Source: Azolla caroliniana (taxonomy: Eukaryota > Plantae > Polypodiophyta). Taken from it: a stretch of DNA of 64,000 nucleotides. Shown here piece after piece: positions 13,082-24,805 of the stretch (positions within the stretch are counted from its first letter, which is position 1; every line of letters starts with the position of its first letter). A program made the translations under genes and the position numbers. The DNA is taken from the NCBI GenBank assembly GCA_043228905.1, contig JBHGNT010000092.1, positions 29,713 to 93,712 of the forward strand, written 5' to 3'. The notes beneath the pieces are model-generated. The model was not told the origin of the DNA. It saw nothing but the letters and a program-made list of their open reading frames with translations, and made no database searches.

Positions 13082-15354
13082 ACTAGACATCCATTCAATC
13101 AATTGACCATTTGTAACATTCATTCCTAATGGATAGCCCAAGTGTAAAAAAATAAAGCCTTTCTTCATCATGAATCCTTCCTATCCTAAACATTCCAAAT
13201 CCCTTTAAGTACATGATATGAGACTAGACTTCCTCCAATTAATATGTATTCAAGAAGCAAATGCAAATTGGTTCCACATGTCTAGTAAGTTGAAGGATAA
13301 GTTTATGTATTGGAAGTCACAATCTTGGCCATTTCATGTACACTTGAAGGTTGTACAATGTATTATGGAACCCATGACATTATATTACTTGCCATTGTTC
13401 CCATGAACAGAGAAGGCTTTGCATTTAGTTTTGCAACCTCTTCAATATTGGTTGTGGAAGAAGAGGGATAAGATGGGAATCACTTGCCAGGTTGCGTGGA
13501 ATCATCTAGCAACCCCTAAGCACTTGGGGGGAATTGGAATATTGAACTTATCTATGCATATGATGGCTTGTAGATTTTCATTATTACAAGACATGTATTC
13601 AAACTCACAACCATGGATATCTATTGTTCAATATTTCATTGAGAACAAGGGTAACACATGGGAGCACAACGATAAAGGCTGCATGGTGGCAATTACTAAA
13701 TGGATGTATTTCACTTAGGATTCCGGTTTCTTCATGTGTTCAACACTTGGTTACCTCATGGCAAGAAGCACTCTTGTTATGTGTATGGAAACCATCATAT
13801 AGTAGAGAACATTGTAATTCTTTGCAAAAAGAGTTACTTGTGTCTTCTCGGTTATTATGTAGGCCAAGAAAGGAGAGATTGCACTCTCAATTTAATTGTT
13901 TGTTTCGTTTGGGGGTTAGGAAAGGAGAGATTGTACTCTCAAAGAGGTGGGAGATATAGTTGAGGCTCCATCTCAAAGGATTTTGGAGTTTGTTGAAACG
14001 CAACAATTATTACGCATCCCACCTAATTATGGGTTTATTTGGCAACAACTACAAAATATTGCATTGATGCAAGGTCCCTTACCACTACAAACAAGAGAAT
14101 AACCATGGGTTGATTGGTATTTACGGGGTCAAACACCATTGAGCATTACAAGTGACTACTAATCTTTTGTACCATTGCTCTATTGAGTCTCTTGGATGGT
14201 TATCATCTAAGGCTAAAGAAGAATAGAAAATACACAAATTTGATCATGGGTGGTGGCAAATCTTACAACGTAGTTGGCATTCTAAATTGTCACTTGTAGC
14301 AAAGGTCTTCATTTGTAGATTTTTGATTGGAGGGTTGCCTTTGGGATTAACTCTAAAGCATCGTGGACTAGCAACGGGTAATTGTTTTTTTTTGCACCGT
14401 TCAAATGGAACATAGTACTCATCGATTTATACAATGTCTGATTGCTTGTCATATTTGAAGTTACATTTATCAAATTTGGCAAGTTTTATCACAGTGTTAT
14501 TTGACACCTAGACAGTGGGTGTTTGCACAATTTACACAGGTTGACCCAAAATCAGAGATGGAGATTGTTTTTCTTTTTCTGAGATATTGGGGATTGCGTC
14601 ATAATTGGTGTTGTCCATAGGCCAAAAATAGAAATTAGTTAAATATAATACGCCGAAAGTAAGGCGAGTAGGTAAGGGAGAATTAGGTAAAACGCCGAGT
14701 TTTGAGCCTCACAGTCAGTTGACCGCTCGACGCTGTATGAAGGAAAAGAAGTATATAAACCGAGGTTTGCGTACCTCGGCAAGGGGGAGAGATATCTAGA
14801 GCCTAGGGAGGTCGGTTCATAGTTATAAGAGCTTTGTAAGGCTACTAGTTGTGGGCCGTGTTCTTTTGTAAACATCGCTAACTATTGTAGTAATACATAT
14901 CTATAGCTCTTGTTGTTTTCATCTATGTGTCGTCGCTTTTAAGGTCTCAACTACGTATACGAACCGAGCTCTATTCCGAGTATGCTCTCCGTGTTCTCCC
15001 CCTAAAGACACCTCCGTGCACCAGTCTTCACGATTACACTTCCCTTCATACCGATAGCTTGTAGGCATATCGAAGGTGTTTCCGGTAGAACGGATAACAA
15101 TTGGAACATGCGCACACTTTTGTATTCGATGGTAGACATGTAGTGAAAGCATATGTACGAAAGTTGAAGGGAGTACGAATGTGACAATTTTCTTTATTGG
15201 AGCAAATGAAAATTCTTTCCATAGTGGAGTGTTCCATCTTGCCTATTTATTGGCAATTCAACATGTATTGGGTAATCATACTCCATTGTCACACACATTG
15301 TAAGTAGTGTTTTTTACATACATTTATCAATATAATTGCGTGTTTTCACCAAAA
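13080..15354 (+). mobile_element. 5'-truncated L1 LINE fragment with an inverted 5' segment (13080-13277), interrupted by a solo LTR
   Basis: Minus strand 13277-13080 reads INWRKS..FLHLGYPLG..IEWMSS; plus strand from 13278 continues MSSKLKDKFMYWK..VAWNHLATPKHLGGIGILNL; zf-RVT remnants at 14250-14460; resumes after 15104. Confidence 0.85.
14609..15099 (+). mobile_element. Solo LTR (491 bp)
   Basis: TGTTGTCC...GGATAACA termini; 5-bp TSD ATTGG at 14604-14608 and 15100-15104; TATA-like GTATATAAA at ~14751. Confidence 0.9.
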
Positions 15355-15699
15355 GAGAGAGAGAGAACATAGAGAATCAACCCCACTTGCCTAAGGGTGA
15401 TGGTTGTATATACCTACAATCTCAAGAGTTGTATTCCTTTGTCATACTCTCCAAAATGACGAACACCCTCCAAGACCTAAATTTTTCCTAGGCTTGGAGG
15501 GTCACACTAATCTTGGCATCCTATATACAACATATATTAACATATATTATATGCCAACTGCTCAAAGATCACCTTGGAGAAAGGAGGTTTCTCATATCCA
15601 TCTCCTCATAACTCCTAGTTGTCCCTCAATGTGATTGCAAGTAGCATTTGCAAGCCATCATCATTACAAATGTGACGAAGATTTTGTTAAAATTTGCAT

Positions 15700-17250
15700 C
15701 TTGTTAGAGGCAAATTTATGAATTTAAAGAAGTTTTTATTAAAATGTACATCTTGTTGTTGCTTGATTGGTTTTAGAGACAAATTGCACTTTGTATTTCG
15801 GATTGAATGTACGAGATTCAGTGAATTTTTAGGTTGATATATCCCATTGTACGGTGATACATCTTTGCCCTTCAATAAGGCTATTTAGTTCCTAAGTCGC
15901 ATTCTTTAGAAATGATTCCATCTCATGCTTCAATGTGCGTTGGTGCATGTTGCCTTGTGTAGAATTTGTAGATTATATCCATTAGGACTTGTAGTGATGT
16001 CAAGATGTTTTGAGATTTGTTGTTGTCTACAAACGTTCCTCTAACTTCAATCTCTTTGTGGCCTTCATTTTGCCTCTTTGCAAAAAACATCTGCAAAAAT
16101 GGTCCTACATGGTTCCACATCTTACCATCGATTGTTGGTACATCTTCCTTTTCCCGAAGACCATATCACTACTTTAGATCATTGCTTAAGCGATTAGATG
16201 CCAAACCTAACACAAGGTCCATATGTACGAAGAATGCATTTCCTTACTTTCAGATCCAACTTTCACCATAGTTTCTTAAGCATATGACCATATGCCTCCT
16301 AAAGAATTGTTTTGCAAGTGACCATAATGTGCATTTGTCTACCCTTGAGCTACCTTCACACCATAGTTGTTAAAAAACACATATTCTATGTAGAATACAT
16401 TTTAATATACTCTAAAGTATTCTACATGAGTTCTAAGTATTCCACATATTTAATAAGTACTTAACATTTCCAAAAAGTAAAATCTAAAATGTAAAAAAAA
16501 TGTAAAATATGCTTAAAAACTAAAATTAAGAAGTATTTAACGTATTCTACATGTATTCTACATTTTAAAAGTATTCTACACATATTCCGTGTATTTTATC
16601 TACATTTATTCTTAGTATTTGAAAAAAAGATGGAGTACTTAGTATGTACGTAGAATATGTGTATTGTATGTTAAGTTACAAGTATTCTATAACAATGCTT
16701 CACCCTTCAATTTTCTTGGAGAGAGATAGATGGCATTGATAGTTATCGACCCCACATTCGTCTAGAATTGAGATTTAGGTTGGCATGTTGAAGCATTGAC
16801 AATTTGACACTATCAACTCCTACATTATACTCCAATTCATATTCCATTCGACCACTAAGAGTACTTGGGGGCAATTAATTCTAAAAGTCGAGGAATTCGG
16901 TCTTCTCAAAAATCTGGAAACTCAATAGGAAGTTTATTCTCCTTCATTTGTCGAGCTTTCGACATTCACTCATTTCTTCATCTCTAGAACTACTAGCCAC
17001 ATAGTGATGTTTGGGGAAATTTCCATCCTTTCTCTTAAAGGGATATACATGCACTTTTCTAGTGGCATCATCGATGAAGTTCACAACATAGAGCTCTGCA
17101 GTTACGAAACAAATCAACATCAGCCCACACATATCACAATGTACCAAGTACTCTATCGAAGTTTATAGTGGCTTCCACAAGCATAGTGTCGACATTCTTT
17201 CCTTTTAACATAAACACAATGTTTACATCATAGATTGTCCTTCTAATTCT
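15700..17250 (-). mobile_element. Degraded Ty1/copia integrase-region remnant
   Basis: VHCDMCG..YVVNFIDDATRKVHVYP (16944-17147) and LDLKVRKCI-like motif at ~16230-16260. Confidence 0.7.
16362..16697. mobile_element. AT-rich MITE, probably hAT-type
   Basis: CAT..ATG ends with imperfect TIRs; internal TATTCTAC/GTAGAATA repeats in inverted arrangement; flanks CTTCACAC (16354-16361) and CTTCACCC (16698-16705) form a 7/8 match 8-bp TSD. Confidence 0.55.
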
Positions 17251-17714
17251 TAAAATTTTCCCGTGTTTTTAGAAGCATCACCTACAAATGATGATGATTT
17301 ATTTTTATTATTTTCATAAAACCTAAATGAGAATATCCTTGAAATGCATACGAGAGTGGTGATATTTGGCATCAAACATTGACATGACATCATAAGACTA
17401 GGTGGTGCAATTTTTTTAACAAAAAAAAAAAAAACATATCTTTCCATTAGTTTAAAAAAACCATATCAACTACAAAATACAAAATGATGGAAAGGAGATG
17501 ATTATCCTTCCCCAACCCGTCTTGTATAAGACACTAGCTAGCCATGAATCCTTCTTTTGATAGACTTGATTGAACACTTCTTCAATAGTTGAAATATACC
17601 ATGAATTTGCCATATGTTCAAACCAAATCAATCTTCCTCATCATGTTTATATTCAACATCTCCCGATACCACCTTTGGGTCATCACATGCATCCAATATA
17701 CCCCCACATTTACA

Positions 17715-17945
17715 AATTATGACCAAGCATCCTCTATTTTCCATATTCAACGTAAAACTCAATCAAAGCATTATGGTATAGAGGTCATTTTGTATGTCTT
17801 GATCCATGATTCCAACATGTATAAACATGTCGTCATGTACAACCATGTGATCAACACCCACTTTAAGGGATCTCAGCCCTTTGAATAGTTTATATGCATA
17901 TGATAACCTTCCACATGTTGCCTGCAAATCAACACTGCTTCATGA
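17715..17945 (-). pseudogene. Degenerate PLS-type PPR fragment in the L1 3' region
   Basis: SSVDLQATCGRLSYAYKLFKGL...FIHVGIMDQDIQNDLYT, frameshift, NALIEFYVEYGK, frameshift, IEDAW. Confidence 0.5.
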
Positions 17946-20222
17946 CACCATCCATCACATAAAAAGAAACAGACTTCTTCCGAATGCATACATAAGAGCA
18001 TCCCCCTCCACCTATTTCAATGAATCCATCCATGTTTCAATAACAGCTAACATATCCCCATGTTTCATATCGGTGGAGGAAATACCTAGAGAGGTGGCTG
18101 ATACCTCCAACGTATACAAGAATTAACCATGTAAAATACATTCATCCTTTCACATGTCTTCTTAAAAACCTCTTTCTTTCAAAGGATTACATCTTAATAA
18201 CCCTTGATAGAGTCATACTCTCCTTTTAGTGTATGTACCAAGGTCAACCAAATCTCCTTGATTACCTCCACAACATTCCATTGAATTTGTTGAAATATCC
18301 TTCGACATCTACTAGTCCACAAAACCCACAACGTTATGGAACTAATAGTCTCCCAAACCACCCCATTTTGTATTGAATTACTATGCATACACAACAACAC
18401 TTCCTCAACATATCGACCTCTTGTATGTAATGCAAAGGTAACATTTTCTTGTTCATAATCTTGTATCTTACCCTTAATAGCAGCCCACATCACTGCTCCC
18501 CATTTATATACTCTAGAGCCATATACATCATGCAATAAACGTAATATCCTTTTCCAAAACAATTTAGCCGCCATACATGACCATAATAGGTGATGAAGAG
18601 ACTCCATCTCTAATCCACAAAAATCACACATTTTATCTACATCCTTACAATGCATCCAAACCCTAACAGGAACCGCATAATGAACAATCAGCCATCTAAA
18701 TAAAATCTTTGGAATTTGCATAGCCCATAACCATTTCCAATATGTTGTCATATAAGTAGAATCAACATTATAACTCAACTATGTTGTAGCTGTTATCGGT
18801 CAATGAGGTATCTTACGTCGTAACATCTCCCTTCCCAATCGAACCGAATATTGAAAAAACGGCTTCGGCCTAACATCCCCCCCCAAAATATGAAGAAGGT
18901 AACCACTTCCATTCCCCTAGATCCCATTCCAATTCACATAATGGTTTTTTGCCCACTACCCATAGATCCCCCACCATGGATGAACAACATTAGGATAAGG
19001 GTCTAGGGTCCAAATCTTATCTACCTTGGCTAGAATTCTAATGGCTTTTAATGTAGCCTCAACGAGACATTCATCTTCTAGGGGGATCAACACAATCGTC
19101 CATCTTGTAAAACATCATAACTCAAGAAAGAATCCTTATCTATAAGGCCACAGACTCCAAGTAAAATTTGAAAATTTGAAAATGTTGAGCAGCAAGTGAG
19201 CCGGTGAGCAAGTGAGCCGGTGAGTTGGGGGCCGGTTAGCCGGATCCATCAGTAACCAGACACCTAGTAGCAGCCTAGACTATTAGGTAGTTAATGTCTC
19301 ATAGTTAGTGTCAGATGCTTGTGTGAGCATTGAAGTACACCGTACTTCTGTCAGTCTATATGGACTTGTATAGAAGTGTTCGCTGAACACATATGATGTA
19401 CAGAGTATTACAGAGAGTTGTTATTGTTCTGAATAGAGTCTTGTGTCTTCACTCTCTCTCTCTCTCTTTGACTCTCCCGCATATTGTGTATATTCAAGCT
19501 CTCCATTAAACCTGCGTATTTTTTGTGTCTTCAGTTTTCTACTTGCTTCCACACGCTATTCTTTACATGGTATCAGAGCGAGAGGGTTGAGAACCTCTGC
19601 AGCCGACATAGCTTGAAAGGAAAACCAACCAAGAAGAACAGGTAAAACTGATGGATAGAGGCATGGCTAGCTCGCTTACGACGGATAAGCTCGACAAAAA
19701 CAACTACGCGTCTTGGTCCTACAAGATGTACCAGTACTTGCTCGGGCACGGTTACTGGAGCTATGTCGACGGAGCAAATGACACAGCACCCAAATCGACA
19801 CACAGAGATTTCCCGGTGTGGGAACAGTCGGCGAGCAGAGTACTGTACTGCTTCGCGTCTTGTGTGGGCGAACAACTCCTAAGCTACATTTGGGATGCAA
19901 AAATGCCGAAAGATGCTTGGGGAAATCTAAAGAAGATTTTCACCGCAAGCACTATAGCCATGAAGCTTCAACTTCGATAGGAGCAGAGAAACCTATGACA
20001 ACGCGACTTGTCGGTGGCAAAGTACACCTCCAAAATCCAGGACATTTACGACTCCTTGGCCTCCATCGATAAGAATATCGAAGAAGCTGATATGGTGCAA
20101 ATCTGTCTCGAAGGTTTGGCGTCAAAGTTCGGAGCGTTCCGAACTGCTGTGTGTACAGGGGAGAATACGCCGTCATTTTTCGACTTACAATCGATGCTCC
20201 TTGTGGAGGAGGACCACGTCGG

Positions 20223-21417
20223 TGTCGTGAAGATTCGTCACTACGCGCGAATCGTGAGGCAGAACCGCCGGGGTTCTGGACCGGAAGGACTCGAAGTTTG
20301 CACTAGCTTTAACGAGAAAGGATTTAAGATAGATTGAAAGAGAGAGATTGAGATAAGATAAAATGCTTAACTTTAGATTGAGAGAGAGATTAAGATCGAA
20401 CTCTTGACTTTAGATTTGAAGAACAAGATTAATACATCAATTGGATAATGAATTTTCTTCTTAATATTAGTTTTAATATAAAGTACAACGCTCTTGATAA
20501 GAATTTAACATTCCCATTTCATCTTTTTCCCCTCCTCTTTTATAGATGCCCTCATGCATTTGAGGGTACAAGACATGCATAAAATGCATGTTTGCCATTT
20601 GGCGCTCATGTATTACATGTAGTGCATGATAACCACGTCACTCATTTTAGCTCTCATGTATGAGAATTTACATGTAAAGTTATAGTGATAAAAATATAAA
20701 CTCTAAAGAAATGGTTTGCCTTAGTGGTAAGCCTATTGACTCTCAACTTGGAGGTGTAAGGTTCAAATCCTTACTTTCCCTCCTTGTGTATATGTATAAA
20801 TATTTATTTATTTATTTATCTATCTAGCCACCGGTCGTCGGTTGCCGGATGTCGATTACCGTCCAGTCGTCGGTTACTGTTCAGACACCGAATGCCGGTT
20901 CCGTCGTCGGATGTCGGTTACCGTCCGGTCGCTGGATGTCGGTTCCATTGTCGAACGCCAGATCTTGGTTATGTTGCCGGTTGCTGGCGGCTCTGTCGCC
21001 GGTCCAGTTTTGGTTGGCCAAAACCCTTTTGCAAGTAGCCAGGCCACACCCATTCATCCAATAGCTTAGTTCAAGTCACCTTGACATCTCTGTGTTCCAC
21101 ACATAGACACAAAGATAATAGCTTTTGCTCTACCTTATATATGGTGAGATCCTTATTTCTTGTCTATGTGGGATATCTTACAACTTTATTTTTCTCTTTG
21201 TCTTTGTAAACTTCCTACCCACATAAGTTGACACTTGGATGTCCGTTTCTTATGTAGTAAAGTGTATCCGAAAGCTCTTCAAGACCTCCATCTTTTTGTA
21301 CTAAGATATTAAACTTACTTAAAATTAGCATCTTCACTATTATTGTTTTATATAAATCACACTCGATTTTGTACGTTTTATGTGATTTTCACACCATTGC
21401 CGAAAATCTTCATGACA
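20223..21417 (-). mobile_element. Solo-LTR-like element, copy A (1195 bp), inserted in copia gag
   Basis: TGTCGTGAAGAT...ATCTTCATGACA termini; 4-bp TSD TCGG/CCGG; minus-strand TATA CTATAAAAG at ~20540; homologous to 23714-24805. Confidence 0.88.
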
Positions 21418-23713
21418 CCGGTGTGAAAACAAGTGCACCCACTAACAACCGGATGTTGTACATGGAGGCGGATCGGCCTCGTGCGTGTGGTGGTCGAGGC
21501 GGGTAGGCTTGCAATGGTAGCGGCCGGCAAGTGCAGGACCGAAGGCACGAAAAACGTGCTGACAACAGTTCCAGACCCTCCACGCGTAGGGGGAGTCAAG
21601 GCAGAGCCGGAGGCCGGAAAGCAAAGGCCGACACGGAATGTTGGTACTGTGGTAAAAAGGGCCACAGAGAAAGCGAGTGCTGGCAGAAGCGCGCCGATTC
21701 GGATAGATCCGGATACGACAAGGCCGGTAGAGAGAACTGACAATACTCGCACTACACAGAAGGATCAGGAGGATCCAAAACCGGAAAAGCCGGTAAAGGG
21801 CTAGCTTTGGTGATGAAACACGAGGTTAACTCGATGAAGAAGACCACTTCCAAATAGGAGGAAGTGTGGTACGTTGATTCTGGTGTGTCGAATCACATGA
21901 CGAGCCATAAAGAGTGCTTCTCCCTTTTGGAGAAATCGGAACAACTGGGATTCGTCAAAACCGGAGACGACACTCCTCACCCAAGTGGGAGTCCGCGCAT
22001 GAGCTGTATTTTGGACGCACGCCAAATTTGAGACACCTTCGGATATTCGGTAGCATTGCATATGTGCATGTGCCGGAAGAGAAGCAGCGGAAGTTGGATG
22101 CAAAGTCGAAGAAATGCATCCTGGTCGGTTACTCGCATGAGAAAAACGGGTATAAGTGTTATAATCCCTGGACGAAGCCGGTCCGAGTTAGCCGGGATGT
22201 TGAGTTTGATGAGACGACATCATGGTATGCCTTACTGGCTCCGACTTCTGACCCCGACCCGATACCCGAGGATGAGGCTGAACCTGTCCAGATGAAGATG
22301 AAGACCTTGGCACTCTAGAAGAGAGTCCAATCTCATTTCGGTTAAGTGAACCGAATGAGTGGCTGAGTCGGGATGACCAGTCGGATGAGGAACCAACGAG
22401 TAATGGAGACTTTGTCGTGCTCTCCCTACGCAAGGAACCGAGGAGACGGTTCACGCGCAAAGAGAAGGGGAAGACGAAGATGTTGGAATACGAAACCGAC
22501 AACGTTGAGTCGGAATGGAGCGATTCCGACTCCGGAAAAGATGAAGGCGGATCTTCGGGAACGAAGTCCGACCTGGCCAAGAAAGGCCCCAAACCGGATA
22601 ATACCAAGTTACGCCGGTCTTCCCGCCTGAAGAACCCCGTGACGCGGTACGGGTATAATGAGTACATGGCGCATCACTATGCGTACATGACCAGGGTGGC
22701 GGAAGTGCGTGAGCCGGAGAGTTACGCAGAAGCGGCAAAGAACACAAATTGGCGTGCTAATATGGAGGAAGAGATGCGGGCACTTGATGCCAACGACACA
22801 TGGGAGCTAGTTGACCCTTCTCGACACTGTAAACCGATCGGATGTAACTGGGTGTACAAGGTAAAGTACAATGCCGACAATTTGGTTAACCGGTACAAGG
22901 CCCGGTTAGTGGCGAAGGGATACGCGCAGACCCACGGAATCGATTACGACGAGACCTTCGCTCTGGTAGCGAAGATGACGACGGTTCGTGTGGTGCTAGC
23001 AGTTGTTGTGGCAAGGGGGTGGCATCTTCACCAAATGGACTTGAAGAATGCATTTCTTTAAGGCGTACTGGGATCGAGGTGATTCGAACCCCCGACGGCA
23101 TACTGCTCTCACAAAGAAACTATATGTTGACTATCATGTACAAGTTCGGCATGACGGAATGCCGACCGATCTCCACACCCCTGGACCGGAACCAGAAGCT
23201 CCATTCTGACTTTGGACCAGCCTGCGATGAGAAGCGGTTCCGACAAATCGTCGAAAGCCTTATATATTTGACAATCACCTGATTTGACATCAGTTATCTG
23301 GTCGGTGTGATCAGCCAATATATGGAGAAGTCGATCATGGAGCACCTTCTGTGCGCGCATCGAATTTTGCGCTATGTGAGCGGCACGAAGGAATGAGGAC
23401 TGTTATATCGGCATAGTATAATCGAAGAGCTAGTCGGCTACACCGATGCCGACTGGGCCGGTGATGCATCGGATCGCCGATCCACCTCAGGCTATATGTT
23501 TTCCCTTGGTAGCGTGGTTGTTGTGTGGAGCAGCAAAAAGCAGCCAATAGTGGCCCTTTTGAGCACTGAGGCTGAATACCGGGGCACTAACGTTTCCACT
23601 TGTGAAGCCATTTGGCTTCGGCAACTGATGCAAGACCTGCGGATCAAGGTGCCGACCCCGATCCTGATCTACTGCGACAACATAAGCAACATGCAGCTCG
23701 CCAAGAACCCCGT

Positions 23714-24805
23714 TGTCGTGAAGATCCGTCACTACATGCGGATCACGAGGCGAAACCGTCGGGGTTCTGGACTGGAAGGATTCGAAGTTGCACAAGCTTT
23801 AGCGAGAAAGTACTTAAGATAGATTGAAAGAGAGAGAGAGATTGAGATAAGATAGAACACTTGATTTAGATTGAGAGAGAGATTAAGATTGAACTCTTGA
23901 TTTTAGATTTGAAGAACAAGATTAATACATCAATTAGATAACGAATTTTCTTCTTAATATTAATTTTTGCCTTGATAAGAATTTTACATCCCAAAATCAC
24001 CCTTTGATCTTTTTCATCCCCGCTTTTATAGATGCCCTCATGCATTTGAGGGTTCAAGACATGCACTCATTTTAGCTCTCATGTATGAGAATTTACATGT
24101 AAAGTTACAATGATAAAAATATTATTTCAAGAAAATGTCTTGGGTTAGTGGTAAGTCTATAGACTCTCAACTTGGAGGTGCAAGGTTCAAATCCACACTT
24201 GCACTCCTTGTGTACATATATGTGTATACATATATATATATACATATATATATTTATTTACTTATATATCTATCCGGTCGTCGGATGCCGCTGGTTACCG
24301 TCGGTCGTTGGATGACGTCGGATCCGTCCGGTCACCGATTGCCGGCTCCATCCGGTTTCTGGTTCTATCGTAAGCCGATTTGAGTTTCTTCACCAACCGA
24401 TTCGGGCACTTAGCCACATCCGGCGATTTAACCACATATGTCCATCTAGACAAAAGTGGCTCAAGTCCAACTATTTCTTATGTGCTCTTAACACATAGAT
24501 GAATTATGATGGATCTCAATCTGCTTGTATAGCTGGGCTTAAACTTTTCCTTTCTATGTGAGATATTTCACAATTTTATTTTTCTCTTTTCCTTTGCAAA
24601 CTTCCTACCCACATAACTTGAGACTTAGATGTCTGTTTCTTATGTAGTGAGGTGCATTCGAAAGCTCTTGCAGATCTCCATCTTTTTGTACTAAGATATT
24701 AAACATATTTAAAATAGTATTTTCACTGTTATTGTTTTATATGATTCTACTCAATTTCGTATGTTTTATGCGATTTTCACACCATTGCCGAAAATCTTCA
24801 CGACA
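23714..24805 (-). mobile_element. Solo-LTR-like element, copy B (1092 bp), inserted in copia RNaseH
   Basis: Perfect 12-bp terminal inverted repeat TGTCGTGAAGAT/ATCTTCACGACA; TSD CCGT (23710-23713, 24806-24809); removal restores NPVFHARTKHIEVHYHFV. Confidence 0.9.

Noticed and set aside
20713-20780. Functional tRNA gene (also 24137-24200, 57058-57120, 6312-6380)
   Set aside because: A/B boxes present but acceptor and anticodon stems do not pair; treated as tRNA-derived modules
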